Counted from the stretch's first letter, positions 49,660 to 63,930 are shown. The stretch: DNA of 64,000 nucleotides from Octopus sinensis (GCF_006345805.1 NC_042997.1:38068001-38132000), one strand, 5' to 3'. Notes: generated by a model not told the origin, from the sequence alone. Translations and numbers: made by a program.

Positions 49660-52600
49660 TCAGTAGTTTTATTTTTATAGCGTGCTTTCACTTCACTACC
49701 GAGCACAGCTCTGTGTGCCTTTGGTATGTGCTGTGATTTGTTGTGATGCTCTGATGGTTATTGTATGGAAAGTGTTCTGCGTAGGATGTGTGCAGTGCCT
49801 AGTAGTGCAATTTTCTGTATGTTATATGTGTTTGTAAGTCCTGGTGTTTTTGTTATGTATTTGTCTGAATATTTTTTTATCATGCCTAATGCACCTACTA
49901 TGATAGGAATTGTTTCTGTTTTCAGATTCCACATTCTAGTTACCTCTATTTCCAGGTCTTTGTATTTTGAGAGTTTCTCCATTTCTTTTAGAGACACGTT
50001 GTCATCAGCCGGTATTGATACATCAATTAGAAAGCATTTTTTTTCTTCATGATCTCTGACAACTATATCTGGTCTGTTGGCCTTAATTTCTCTATCTGTG
50101 TGTATCGGCATATCCCAGAGCATGGTTGCTTTCTCGTTTTCTGTGACCTTTTCTGGTGTGTGCCTATACCATCTTTTTTCTGTTGTCATTCCATAATGTT
50201 GGCATAGCTTCCAATGTATATAGGTCCCAACTCTGTCGTGTCTGTGAATATATTCCTTCTTAGCCAAGACTGGGCAGCTAGAGATAATATGATTTATTGT
50301 TTCTTGTCCATCTCCACATATTCTGCAGTTACTTGTAATATTTCTTTTCATTACATGTTTTTGGTAATTTCTGGTGGGGAGGCTTTGGTCTTGTGCTGCA
50401 ATTAAAAATCCCTCTGTTTCTGCTTTGAGTCCTGAGCTTCTCAACCATTGCTGGGATTTTTCTTTGTCTATTTCTTTTGCGTTTAGTTTAGTCCAGTATT
50501 TACTATGAAGGGGTTTTTCTTGCCATCGTTTTATCATGGTTCGTTGCTGTTCTATTTTTAGTTTGGATTTCATTTGTTTTATAGCTTTTGTTGTTTCTTC
50601 ATCTTCTTCTTCTTCTTCTTCTTCATGTTTATTAGGTGGTATGATTTCTTGTTTGTATTTGTCACCTTCCTTAAATACTGAGAACAGTTTTTTGTTTTGC
50701 TCGTGTTTTGCTGCTATCTGGATCAGTTTTCCTTCCTTCTGAAGTAGATATTTTTGCAGTCCTATGGTGGTTATTTTATAGTAGTTTTCCAGCTGTATAA
50801 GGCCTCTACCACCTTCTATACGTTGTATATATAGTCTTTCTATGTCAGATTTTGGGTGATGCATCCTAGATCCTGTCATTATTTGTCTTGTTTTCCTATC
50901 TATTTTGGTCAGTTCATTTCGTGTCCAGTTAAGGATATTGTAGCTGTAACTTATAACTGGGACAGCTAAAGTTTTGATACCTATTATCTTGTTTTTAGCA
51001 TTGAGCTCTGTGTTTAGTATTGATCTAACTCGTCTATAATATTCTTTTTTTATTTTCTCTTTCATTTGTGTGTGTTGTGTCTTATCTAGTTCATGGATTC
51101 CTAAGTATTTGTAAGTTTGGCTTTGGTCTAATTCTTTTATTTCATTGGTTTTATCTAGTGTGATGTTGTTACTCTTAACTAGTTTTCCTCTTTTCATGGT
51201 TACTTTGGCGCATTTTTCTAATCCAAATTTCATATATATTTCTTTGGTAAATCCATGAACTGTCTTTAATAGTGTTTCCAGCTGTTTGTCATTTGCAGCG
51301 TATAGTTTTAGGTCATCCATATATAAAAGGTGGCTGATCGTTTTGCCGTAACATCTATATCCGCATCCAGTTCTATTTAGCATATCAGATAGAGGTGACA
51401 GTGCCAAGCAGAAAAGGAGTGGAGAGAGCGTGTCTCCCTGGAATATTCCTCTTCTAATGGGGATGTCTTTGGTTTTCATGAGTCCCTCTTTTGTTTGGAG
51501 GTATAGGACTGTTTGCCATTTATTCATAGAGTGATCTATGAATTTTATGATTGTTGGTGCTACTTTGTTAATGGCTAGTGTTTCGAGGATCCATGTGTGG
51601 GGGATGCTATCAAACGCCTTTTTGTAGTCAATCCAGGCCATACTGAGGCCTTTCTTCTTTCTGTGGCTGTCTTCAGTTATGGCTTTATTAATCATTAGTT
51701 GATCTTTACAGCCATATGAGCCTTTGCGGCATCGTTCTGCTCTTCTGGGAACAGTTTGTTTTCGTCCAGGTGCTTGTTCAGCCTTTGTGATATCACTGCA
51801 GTAAATGCTTGAACATAGTAGGGAGGCAAGTTATTGGTCTGTAGTTTTCTGGTTTTTCTGTTTCATTTGATTGGGAATTAAGATGGTTTTCCCCTTCGTG
51901 AGCCATTCAGGCATTGTCTCTGGCTCTGCTAGTACTTTGTTAAAGTTTTCAGCCAGCTTTTTGTGCATTCCTGTTAGATATTTCAACCAGAAGTTGGGGA
52001 TCTTGTCATGCCCAGGTGCCTTCCAGTTGCTTAGTCTTTGCAGTGCCTGGGTGACCTCTTCAGTTGTTATGGGGGTCCAAAGTTGTTCAGATGCCGAGTT
52101 TGTTATTCTGATACTCCTTTTTTTGGTGGTTCGTTCGCCGACCATATTTTCCCCAGAATTCTTCCAATTGTTCTGCCGTTGGTGCTGCAGTGACTTCTTT
52201 TTATTTTTTCCCAGTTCTTGGTAGAACTTTTGGGGTTAGAGTTGAACTTTTTGTTTTCTTCAAAGAAGCGTTGGCGTTTCTTGTACCGGCGTATCCTTTG
52301 TGCTTTGGCAAGGATATCTTGCTTCAGCTTTTCTTTTATTCAGGCAAATCTTTCTCTGTGATGTTATATTTGCGGAGTATTTTTGTTCTCTTTTTGTTGC
52401 TCAGTAGCGTTGATTGTTTGCTGATTTCATTAAGAATCGACAGGTCTTTTCTAATTTTTTTATTTTGCTTTGGATGTCATTTATCCACAGGGTTTGTTTG
52501 GGTGGTGGTACTCCTGTTCGGGCGGGTTTGGGTGAGTATCCAGCTTCTTTTGTGGCTGCAGTGGCTGCTGCGTATATTAGGTTATTTAGCTCAGTGATAT

Positions 52601-53650
52601 CACTTTTTTTTGATTCAGTGGCTATCAGTTCAGTGACGGCTAGGTTATGCTGTTTATAATAGGTGTTGTTATTTTGTTTATTTTGATTCTTGGGATGTAT
52701 GGTCGGTGGTCCATTTTGAGCTCTGTGGTTTTCAGTTCTTTGATTATTTTATTTTTTATATTATCATAATCATTAGGCTCCCCTTCGTTGTTTACATCGT
52801 GTTTGTTGGGAATGTTGCGTTTGTCTTCGTGTTTTACAGTTTCAATGTTTATATTATTGGGCATTGTTGTGTGGCTTCTATCTACATTTTCCTGGTGTAT
52901 GTTTTCTTTTAGGTGTTCTATTTCTATTTCTGATATTTTTTTTGTGTTGAGAATGTATCTTCGTACGTTAGCTAATTATTAGGGTTCATTGCTGTATCCA
53001 AGTCTATATCTCTATTATTTTCCTTCCATATTTTATATGTATGTGTTGTTGTATTTTCATTTTTTGGGTAGAGTACTGCTGTGAACTATGCGTGTAAGAT
53101 AGAAATGTATTCCTCACGTGTCCATTTACGTCTTTTGGGTTTTATTTGCGGGACCTGAGGTACAACGTCCGGCCCATTATTTTGACGGTCGTCATTTTCG
53201 TAGGGTACCGGTCCGTTTATTTCTGTTGTCACATTATTTCGCACGTGTAGCTTTTCGTACATTTTTTGTTGTAGGTTTAATGTACGTACCGCTCGATTGT
53301 TATTCTTGGGTTGAATAGTATCGGTGGCATTTAATTTTTTCGTAGTTCCTTTGTACATGGTGTTTGGGGTCGGAGATGATCGTGATGTTCCACGCATGTT
53401 TACATGTGTTGCGTTAGAGGCGGAGATGATATCGAGTCAAAATACATCATTTCGTTTCGAAAATAGTAATAAATTTCAATTAGTATTACTTACTCGGATA
53501 CAGTCCAATTCTTTGTTAGTAAAACTTTGGCTCCATAGGATGTCCTTGTTTTCGATGTTTGTGGATAGATTTCGGAGCTCTGAATTTTCCTTCTTACATC
53601 TTAAACGTCCCCGGTGTTCTCTTACATCTTAAACGTCCCCGGTGTTCTCT
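49660..53650 (-). mobile_element. R4/Dong-clade non-LTR retrotransposon, near full length, in a (TAA)n array
   Basis: N-terminal RRKWTREEY (Myb-like); RT (WIDYKKAFDSIPH, RGIFQGDTLSPLLF, LLYMDDLKL); CCHC (CRIC..ETINHIISSC); RLE motifs RHD, RPDIV, IDVSIP, EKLSKY; (TAA)n at both ends. Confidence 0.93.
49758..51695 (-). pseudogene. Dong ORF, 645-aa open RT-CCHC-RLE portion; upstream pieces at 51831-52145, 52640-52864 and 53086-53397 are separated by stops and frameshifts
   Basis: ORF track and the motifs listed for the element. Confidence 0.9.
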
Positions 53651-53730
53651 TATTATTATTATTGTTATTATTATTATTATTATAATTATTATTATTATTG
53701 TTATTGTTATTATTGTTATTATTGTTATTA

Positions 53731-54270
53731 TTTTTTTTTTGATAGAAATTAAAATACATGGGTAGTAATAGTTCTCACATCGACAATGCTCTTCTCAATA
53801 CGTGTGATGTACCAGTTAAGAGAATCTTTTGCACTTCTTGCAGGGATGGTAAGCCAGGGATCATTATCATATAATTTTCGGTTCCCTTCTTGATCATTCC
53901 TAGTGCTCCTACGATCATTGGTATTGTAACCTCCTTGAGATGCCACATTTTCTCAATTTCAATGAGCAGGTCTTTATATTTTCTGAGCTTGTCAAATTCT
54001 TTCGCCGAGATATTATGATCACAGAGGATGCTCATGTCGATAAATAAGCAAACTTTATTGTTTTGGTCTTTCACAACAATATCCGGTTTATTGGCTTTGA
54101 TGGTTCGGTCTGTATGTACTGGAAAGTCCCACAGAATCGTTACATTTTCTCCTTCAGTTACAGCTTCAGGGTGGTGATTATACCACTTGTCGGCAGTTTT
54201 GATATTGTAATGCCGACTTATTAGCCAGTGTAGATATTGGCCAACTCTGTCATGTCTTAATTTATACGCC
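53731..54270 (-). mobile_element. 3' fragment of a second, diverged R4/Dong family
   Basis: RHDRVGQYLHW...KANKPDIVVKD...FIDMSI...DKLRKYKDL...VLRRALSM*; (TAA)n on both sides. Confidence 0.88.
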
Positions 54271-54363
54271 TTATATTATTATTATTTTATTATTATTATA
54301 CTACTTATATTATTATTATTATTATTATCATTATTATTAGTATTATCATTATTATTATTATGA

Positions 54364-54392
<29 letters not shown>

Positions 54393-54394
<2 letters not shown>

Positions 54395-54540
54395 TCTATG
54401 TTTGACTTTTGCTTTATATTTGTACAAGTTGGCTCGAAGTCTCACCTAAAGGTTGGAAGTTCATGTTGTCATGCCTAGTGTGCCATATATTTGGTTTTGT
54501 ATTTAGTGCTGTACTAGTGAATGTCTAAAAACAAAAAGCA
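54393..54540 (-). mobile_element. Short insert between (TAA)n runs, probably the 3' UTR end of a Dong-type family
   Basis: Unique 150-bp block embedded in the array, ending ...CAAAAGTCAAACATAG-AAT(AAT)n. Assignment inferred from context. Confidence 0.5.
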
Positions 54541-54594
<54 letters not shown>

Positions 54595-55139
54595 CATTAT
54601 TATTGCTGTTATTGTTATTAATAATATATATGTAATGTTTCCTAACACATATACAAATACAGATGTATAAATATATATATATGTCCCTATATATGTGCAT
54701 ATACATAGACACACACACACATATATGTGTGTGTGTATTTACGTATATATATATGTGTGTGTGTATATATATGTGTGTGTATCTGTATATGTGTGTACAG
54801 ACATCCCTCAGTGTATGTGCGGTTCAATGCGGTTCGATAATATATAATTACACAGTTGCTTAATACTCATTAACAATGAAAGTTCACTTGCATCATATTT
54901 TGTGATCACTGGTATCTACGAAATGGTGATCAGTTTTGTTATAATTTTCTGAAAAATCTGTATTAAAAAATTATATAATATTAGTGTATATTTTTGATAT
55001 CTATATGAAATGATGCTCATAGGGGGTTCTTCCTGAAGACTCAATGAAACGCAGGCTGGAAATAGGAAGCTGAATACCAGACGGTTCAATACTTAACTCT
55101 CACAAAAATTACTATTTTGTGCTGGTATGCGGTAGACAC

Positions 55140-55346
55140 TTCTACAAACACACATGCATCCACATATAGCAAAATACATATATGCATATGTAAATACCCC
55201 ACACACACATGTATATGAATGTATATCCATATATATATACATACATATATACGTCTATATATACATACATATACGTATATATATATATACATACATATAC
55301 GTATATATATATATATACATATACGTATATATGCACGTATATATAT

Positions 55347-55387
<41 letters not shown>

Positions 55388-55661
55388 TGTATATATATAC
55401 ATACATATACGTATATATATATATATTATATATATATATATATATACATATATACATACATATATACGTCTATATATATACATACATATACGTATATATA
55501 TATGTACATACATATACGTATATATATATGTACATATATATATATACGTATATATATATATATATATATACATACAGACATACAGACATACAGACATATA
55601 CTCACGCATACATATATATATATATACATATATACATACATATATACATTATATATATATG

Positions 55662-55702
<41 letters not shown>

Positions 55703-55810
55703 TGTATATATTTATAAATACATAATTATATGTATATATATATATAAACAAATATATATATATATATGTTTGTGTGTGTGTGTGTAGATGTATCTATCTA
55801 TCTATCGGTC

Positions 55811-55856
<46 letters not shown>

Positions 55857-55930
55857 GTGTGTGTGTGTGTGTATGTGTATGCTTGTAGATGTATCTATCT
55901 AACTATCGGTCTCCATATATATATATATAT

Positions 55931-55970
<40 letters not shown>

Positions 55971-56000
55971 GTGTGTGTGTGTGTGTGTGTGTGTAAATCA
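55140..56000. repeat. Long compound (TA)n/(TACA)n/(TACG)/(TG)n microsatellite
   Basis: Directly visible; explains all ORFs at 55086-56124. Confidence 0.95.
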
Positions 56001-57877
56001 CCTTTCGCAATACATTGCTGAACAGGCAGAAAGAGAGACAGGAGGGTGAGAGAGAAAAGTAGATGTTTGATAACACTTGAAAAAGATATATCATATATAA
56101 AAGACGTTGCATAAACGTAACCATCGATTTATTTAATGAAATGATATACTTGATATAATATCATATATACGTACTTGTAAATCATTATCAAACTATGCAT
56201 TTATGTAACAAAATCCGAAGGTAGTTTCTTGGGAATTATCCTACTATGATTAGGAAGTTTTATTTACAAAATCTGAAGTAGGCCGATCCCGAATACCGTG
56301 TTTATTTGTTATACGCTTATGATAACATTGGATGTATGAGTATGTGTGTGTGTATGTCTGGTTTTATCTTCTATCTTTCTATTAAAACACTTAGACTATG
56401 AGGTGAATCTTCGTCAGTGATCAATCATGTATCCAACATGATCTATTTGTATCATATTACTTCATTAGTTGCCGCGTTACACAACAAAACAAGCGAACAA
56501 AGTATCGTTTACCTAAAGTCCTATAGTTTATCCGGAAGAAATAGAAATAAACTTACTCGAATTTTCAAAATTTCACGTCGCACATGCTGAAGCAGAACAA
56601 TATCAGCGTGTTGTAAAATTAGATGATATTACAGATGAATATCATAATGAGCTTGTCAATACCAGCGACACTTTTGTTGATGATTGTTTTGGGTTTATAG
56701 CATTGACAGAAAATATTACTTTAAATAAAGATCAAACATATCTCGTTTTATTCGCTCACAACTGAAGATTACATGTTTTTTTTTTCTCGATGCGATTGTT
56801 TAAATTATTCAGTTCCTTTTACATTTGCAATGCGTGATGAGACTGCATTCAATAAACACCATTTTGGTTTATCACATCATATATTTTGTAGCTAAAAGTA
56901 TTGTCATGAACAATATAATGGTTTCCCAAATACTATTCGATTCCTTCCATAATAGCTTGTTCCACAAATGCCAATAAACAAATGTATTAAACAGAAACTT
57001 GTATGCTTTTTGTATTTTTGGCTTTCTTTGTTTCGGTATTTATTCGTTGTGGATTTAAGCCATATAAACGATAAAAATAAATGCAAGATAGAAATCATTA
57101 CTTCATATGTGGTACTGCAATAAGATGAATAGTCAAATGCACGTAAAACCAACATGATCTAAACTATATAAATTTGATGTTTCTCTGCAATAAACACTTA
57201 GTTTTCGTATTGTTATTTAGTTTTACCTACCAAAATGTCTCTCTTATTGTAATATATTACTGAAATAGTAGCTGTTAAATGTGTTGCTTTAAGGTGAAAC
57301 ACAACTTTATTATTGAATAATTAAATTCAATGTTTACAGATTAAGTTTTATAGGAATATACACGGAACAGCGTACAACTTCTGAAAAAGACATGGGATCA
57401 TTTTAATATGAAGGCCACATCGGTATACCTCCCTGTTTGCATCCACTGGTAACTATGAAATACTTCACTACTTTACTGTATTTATTGCGCATAATAGTCG
57501 CAGAAACAAACGTACACATACGTACACATAAATACTTATACGCATAGATATAATGCAATACTAGTGTGGAATGGCACTTCAAAGTTCCCCTGATAAAATA
57601 TTCAGTCGTTTCATGAGGCGAAACTGGTAATTCCAGAGAACACAAAAGTTCAAGTACATTTAAGGGATTCTAAGTATTCCGTTGCTCCCATCAGTAAAAG
57701 GTCTGTTATTTTTCTTCGCCTAGCTTTCAAATAATAACTTAGACTTAACGTCCCCACGCACATACATACCTGTGTGCATAAATACACTCATACACCATAG
57801 AAAATTATATTTAGGCGAGGGTAAATATCTGCGTATGTTGGTCTGTATATTTGTAGACAGAAGTATATATATATATA

Positions 57878-58240
57878 TCTTTATATATAAAAGTCAAGTT
57901 GTGTGTCTGTCTCCTGCGATTTAGATTCCTAACTACTCCCACATTTTGCGGTGCAGTTTAACCAAAACCGGGTATCTTAGAGTCGTGATTCATATCGAGC
58001 CCTTCTGGGTATTAGCGCGCGTCTACGATGAGTCTACGATTTTTTAAAAAAATTAATATCATTTTTTTTCATTTTAATGCATTTTTTCGCTATTATATAA
58101 GAGAAGTAACTCTCTAAAAATGTCTACGATGAGTCAACGATTAAAAAAAATTACCATAATTTTTTTTCCATTTTAATGCATTTTTTTGCTATTTTTTGGC
58201 TATAACTCTCTAAAAATGCTTATATAGTTATTTCCCTTAC
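57878..58240 (+). mobile_element. Helitron-like 5' fragment with internal tandem repeat
   Basis: Starts TCTTTATATATAAAAG..GTGTGTCTGT, a TC-initiated Helitron-like end; two copies of TCTACGATGAGTC.ACGATT..AAAAAAATT...TTTTAATGCATTTTTT. Confidence 0.55.
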
Positions 58241-58730
58241 CTGCATGCTGCTGTAAGTGCTTTTGTGTGGGTGGGTGTATTATGAGTGATATCGGATTTA
58301 GATTGTCATCTGCCAACTCCAACACATGGTACTGTATTTGTTCACGTCACAGAATTATTCTTTAGGCAAATGTTATTGAAACAACCTGTGGAATTGTTTA
58401 AGTAATATTCGTGTTTCCATGCAAGTTTTATTACTTCTGTATAAAACGTGACATGTAACAATGGACCGAGAACAGGTGGTGCAAGTGGTACGGTTGCACC
58501 CGATAAAACAATGGTTAGGTGTGCAAAATCAAAATTTGCATCCTTACATACTGTACATGGTTTACATGATAGTGTCTAAAAACTAATATGTAAAAACTTT
58601 CTTGAAGTTAGGTTAAATAAATAAAAAGTCCTAAATGTTAACTAATGAAGATGGTCATAAAATTCACAGGGAGATTCTACAAAGATATACTACTGAACTA
58701 ATACATAATCAAAAAATTAACATCAAAATC

Positions 58731-58776
<46 letters not shown>

Positions 58777-58779
58777 ACC

Positions 58780-59552
58780 ATTACAGATAAAGGATAAAGA
58801 AGTATTAATTTAATAATTAATAAATTTTGCCAAGTAGTTTCGGCATGGAAAAAACCATTCTCGGTAAAAACTTGTACAAAAAGTTTTTTTTTTTTTTTAT
58901 TTAATTATAAATATGATTAAGGGTTTAGCAACAAGTTGCTTCACCACATACCGAAAATTTAGAAATAGCAGCCAAAGACAGCTAATTCTTTTAACTACAA
59001 ATATGACTCCACAGACAACAATATTTGTAACTCACATAGGCAAAAAGAAGATAAAATAATGAAATCAAACAGTCTACGATTAATTATGGACGGGTATCTG
59101 CATAAGAATTATAAAAAGTCATTTCCTTCATCGGCATAATATTTCGAGAATTATAAATTTGAAAATGCTAAACCTACCCTTTGCATCTTCGACCATGCAC
59201 CATCGAAACATATCACAAGGTAGTCAACATTTCCAAACTTATATAGACGAGTAATTTGATATTTTCCCTCCAAGATTACCATGTGCGTCACACGATAGTA
59301 CCGCAGAAAAAAACTGCAGTTTGCTATCAGGGAGTGAAATAATTATTACAGATATAGGGCAAAGAATTATCAATTTAATAATTAATAAATTTTATCTAGT
59401 AGTTTCGGTGTGGAAAAAGACCGTTATCGGTAAAAAAAAACGTGTACAAAAAAGTTTTTTATATAATTATAAGTATAATTAAGGGTTTGGCCACAAGTTG
59501 CGTCACCACATACCGAAAATTTAGAATTTTCGGTATGTGATGAAGTAACGTG
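58780..59552. repeat. Two direct copies of a ~185-bp unit (58780-58964, 59345-59525) plus an inverted partial third copy (59526-59552)
   Basis: Shared blocks TTTAATAATTAATAAATTT, AGTAGTTTCGG, TAAGGGTTT and CACCACATACCGAAAATTTAGAA. Confidence 0.85.
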
Positions 59553-59599
59553 CAGTAATTTCAAGACATTTTATTAATGACTACACTATTTCTTTCCGC

Positions 59600-60773
59600 G
59601 TTAACTAACATCTATTTATTCAGAGAAACTTCAAATGTTACCGTTAGTAACTTCTCTTGAAAATCGACAAAATTTGGCATCGTGTCGTAATCAAATACTT
59701 GCAGAGAAAGAATTTAGCTCTCAAAGACATTCATGCTGACATGGTTGATACATTAGTGGGATGACGCTCCAGCTTTATCAACAGTGCAAAAGTGGCAGCT
59801 GAATTTAGCAGGGAAAGAGAGAGTCTTGAGAATACCCATGGTCTGGACGTCCTGTAGCTGCCACCACCGAGGGAAGCATTGATCTTGTTCACCACATGGT
59901 GATGGGTGACAGGCGGTTGGCTATAAAGCAAATAATCAACGTTATTAGCATATCCTGTGAAAGAGTGGATAATTTTCTGCTGAATGAAATTAGCATTACG
60001 AAGGTTTCTGCTTCGTGAGTGCCACGTCTTCTAACACTTGATGAAAAGCGCACCAGGCTGATCATATTACGGGAATATCTGACATTGTTTAAGGCAGATT
60101 CAGCTTGTGTCCTAACCTTGAACGTTTCCTAGCCTAGCATGCATGTTGGGTTATTGGCTTTGAACGAGAAACAAAGAGGCAATCCATGCAGTAGAAACAC
60201 TCTCTTCATCTGCTCCGAAGAAGGCAAGTTCGTTTCATCTGTGGGGAAGGTGATGGCCTCAGTTTTTTGGGATGCAAAAGTCATTGTGTTTATTGACAAT
60301 TTTCAAAATGTTCACACCATCAATGGAGAGTTCTATACCAACTTGTTAAGGCTGTTAAGAAAGATTATCAAAACCAAACGCCCAGAAAGACTGATGAAGG
60401 TAGTCTTCTTTCACTAGGACAATGCTTCAACACACAAGTTCTTGGTCTCAATGGCTGCAGTGCGTGATTGACTTACAACTGGTTGATCAACCTCCTCTCT
60501 ATTTTAGTGATTTGGTTCCATCTGACTCTCGTCTGTTTCCCAACATGAAAAAATACCTGACTGGATACCAGCATCGCTGTGATGATGACTTCTTACCTGT
60601 CTGTTGATGACATTTTTCACCAACAGGTTAGCTTCTTGATCAATGCGATCCAAGTACTGCAACACTGATTTGTGTGGACAATAAAAGGAATTATGTTAAC
60701 AAATGAATTTAATTTTGTCACATTCCATGAGAGAGTCTTTCTTCGCCTATGAACATGTTAGCCAACCAACATA
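59600..60773 (+). mobile_element. Decayed mariner (DD34D-type) transposon
   Basis: DKIWHRVVIKYL, RESLE...SGRP, KVSAS*VPRLLT, KVMASVFWD, VFFH*DNA, SDLVPSDSRLFPNMKK; degenerate 3' end near 60750-60773; 5' TIR not seen. Confidence 0.85.
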
Positions 60774-62574
60774 ATAATACACATTCTTATTATACCTGTA
60801 TTTCTAGTAATATTAACATTAAAACATCTACTTTTATCGTAAAAAAAATTGAGCCCAGGTTTCTACCTCCAATGCAAATTTCGTTCCCGGGCCACTGATA
60901 TCAAATGAGGCTTAGTCGATTGAATAATCGTAACATATAGAAATCAAAATATATTCCGACATATATCTAATTGATTAACTAGAACAAAATCACGAATGTA
61001 TGACGCTTTCATATTTTCTGTAATACATTTTGGGGCATATTCTTATGTTGATTTTTATCATAGGCATAGGGTCAGAGATGTTTTGAGAAACTGAGGAAAA
61101 TGACACCTGTAATTACTGGTACTTATTTTATTGAAACCAGGAATGATGAAGGCAATTAATTATGGCGTGGGTGTAACCCATTATGTGAGGAGATAATAAT
61201 ATATAGCTGAAATCCCTTATCCAGAAGGTCTATTTATTAAATACAGTATTGAATATAAATTAGATAAGTAAATTGTTCGACAAAGCAACGAAATAAGTAT
61301 CTTACAGAATGTAGTTCCATTCCTCCACATTCTCTATTCTATATTAAAATCTTGCCAAGAGAAACTGTGGCTTACCCGTGTAAGTTATAGCTGCCAAATC
61401 AATCTAATACATTTTCGTGTGAAAACATTGGTTAAGAAAAGTAATCTAAATGAATCATTATCACTTACAAATAACTTAATTAATTATTGATTTCTAATGT
61501 GAGTGCAAAACCGATCGTTGATGGTGAGGAATATAACCACTTTAATCGACCTCAACATATTAACTAAATTAGCATCATCAAGTCAAATATTACTTCTGGT
61601 GATCTCAAGGAGCATTAGCAAGGTTTCTTGGTACGATACAGATGTGATTTGCCATTGCTTTCCTCCAAAATTCCTTCTGTCCTAGAGCAGTAATTAAATT
61701 CGATATTATTCATCAGTTTTCTACTAAATTTCATCGTATAGATAGAACTTAGTAGATGAAAACTGTTGAGGCTATAAATGGAAACTTCCGCGAATCGAGA
61801 CCGAAGCTCGAGCGATATGGTTGAGAAAAGAATTTAACCAAACGTCGAAGCCTGCATCAACATTAGTAATAACTAGGTAGGTGCATTAATACATAGCTAG
61901 AGTATCGTATAAAATACCTTGCGCATTTCTGCTGCCTACTTCTTTTCCTGTAATCAGAAAACATGGATACTCAGCTACAACTTCACAGAATGGAGATACT
62001 TCTTTATTCCTTTATACTGAAAAGTTTATATAACATTTTACATTATGTTTTAATTTGCATGTGGCTTCTACATACATACTCGAGAGAGACATCTTAGTAG
62101 ATACAAGCAATGTATCGCATATATTTATCAGACTTGTCAGAAATTATTGTGGTCATATGATGTAGTGACGTGACAGTTATTTTGAATATAATTGCTTAAT
62201 GAGCGATTCTCTATATGTTCACTTGCTTGAGATAGAATGCAAATCTCCCTCAACTACATGTTGCTGGTCAAGAGACGAAGGAAACATAATATAGTTAAAC
62301 AAACTGAATGCACACAGCTGAACTACGTGGTTATAGGTTGGTTTGATTAGTGTTAACCTGAGGAGAGATAACTATTATTTCACATTACAGAACAAGTATA
62401 ATCAATTTCTTATTGTCACAAACTAATATCGCTTAAAGGATAATTAATTCAGAGAATATTCGCGATGTAATGTTAATTTATTGTATATTAATTAACTTAG
62501 AATATAACATATGTCCAAGAAAGGCTGTATGATGGTTTCAGGTTTTGGCAGAGCCAAAACGTTTAGAGGAACGC

Positions 62575-62760
62575 GATAGGGGATTACATCGACCCCAAAA
62601 CTCAAACTATTTTAACAATTATAGAAGAAAGGGATAACTTAATTTATCGACTCCGACAATTTTAACGGCTAAGTCATCCTCGGCGAAATTTGAATTCAGA
62701 ACATAATTTGTCGGAACAAATACCGTTAGATATTTTGTCTGTCACTCTAGCGACTCTGTA
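62575..62760 (-). mobile_element. Old degenerate family C-related SINE
   Basis: GATTACATCGACCCC, AATTTATCGAC and CTCGGCGAAATTTGAATTCAGAAC are reverse complements of family C motifs. Confidence 0.55.
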
Positions 62761-63556
62761 TATATGGACACTATAGTAGCGAGATTTGAATTAACCTAAA
62801 CTTCTAATAGCTATCATTTCTTCAGTAGTTACAAGACCAGTCTGGGGATAGAGAGTGTATAATGAATTAAATTTACAGCAGTTTCTAAATGACACTTATT
62901 TACTCTAAAGATATATAACGTTAGAAACCTGCTCGTTGGAATTAATATTGAATTATACAAATGTAATTAAAAACAACACATGCAGCACAAAACTTCTAAA
63001 TTTAGTGTTCGTTAAACTTCTATGCAAAACTTATAAATTTTTCAATCAAGTATTAGCTATTTTATTGGATACACTTGTTGATCATATCTAAATGAAAAAT
63101 ATTTGAACAGTCATTTCACACGTTAGAATTTCATTTGAAAATTAATAGCTAAAGATGCATCCGTTCTTATTTGTATGAGAAAACTATAAATACTAAATAA
63201 ATTTCTTGTGTACAATAGATCAAAGAGATCTTTTCCAATGTGATTACGTAACATACATTTTCAAAATATAATTTATTTGTTTTTTTATCACTACAAGTGT
63301 CAACCGAAAGCCGTTGCAAAGCCATTCATGTAATATTCATGCCACCTTAAATAACAATTTAGAGAAACATGAAAAGAAATAATAATTGTCTCAAACATTC
63401 TTACAAGGTTCTTACAACATGTAAAATCTTATGCAACAATCATTTAATTTTCCTCTGTATTCTGTTTGGTTACAAGTATATACACATAAACGTATGTGTT
63501 TGCTTAAGCAGACATTTTCACCTCACTTTCACACTCTCTCACTCTCACTCACGAGA

Positions 63557-63611
<55 letters not shown>

Positions 63612-63835
63612 TATAATGGTATGTATACATATGCAGCAATAAGTAAATAGGATTGTACAAATTGGATTTAAAATTATGAACATTGAAACCTATAAAACAA
63701 CTCGGATAGGAATATATGGAATTATGGGGTTACATATATCAGTGTTTGTGCATATAAATATGTAATTTACTTACAATGTTTCGTTTTAAAATGAGCGTGG
63801 GCTTGCGCGCGCGTCTTTGTGTGTATGTATGCATG

Positions 63836-63930
63836 CAGGGTACTTTAAACAAGTGTCTTCTATGGCCGCGTGGCTACAAAACCTGTGACAAGGATTTGAT
63901 ACACAGAAACTGAAATCGGAGTGTGTGTGT
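63836..63930 (+). mobile_element. Degenerate family A-related SINE fragment
   Basis: CAAGTGTCTTCTAT...GGATTTGATACACAGAAACTGAAA followed by (TG)n. Confidence 0.5.

Noticed and set aside
55030-55058. CTGAAGA...GAAACGC hammerhead core words
   Set aside because: No stem II can form between them.
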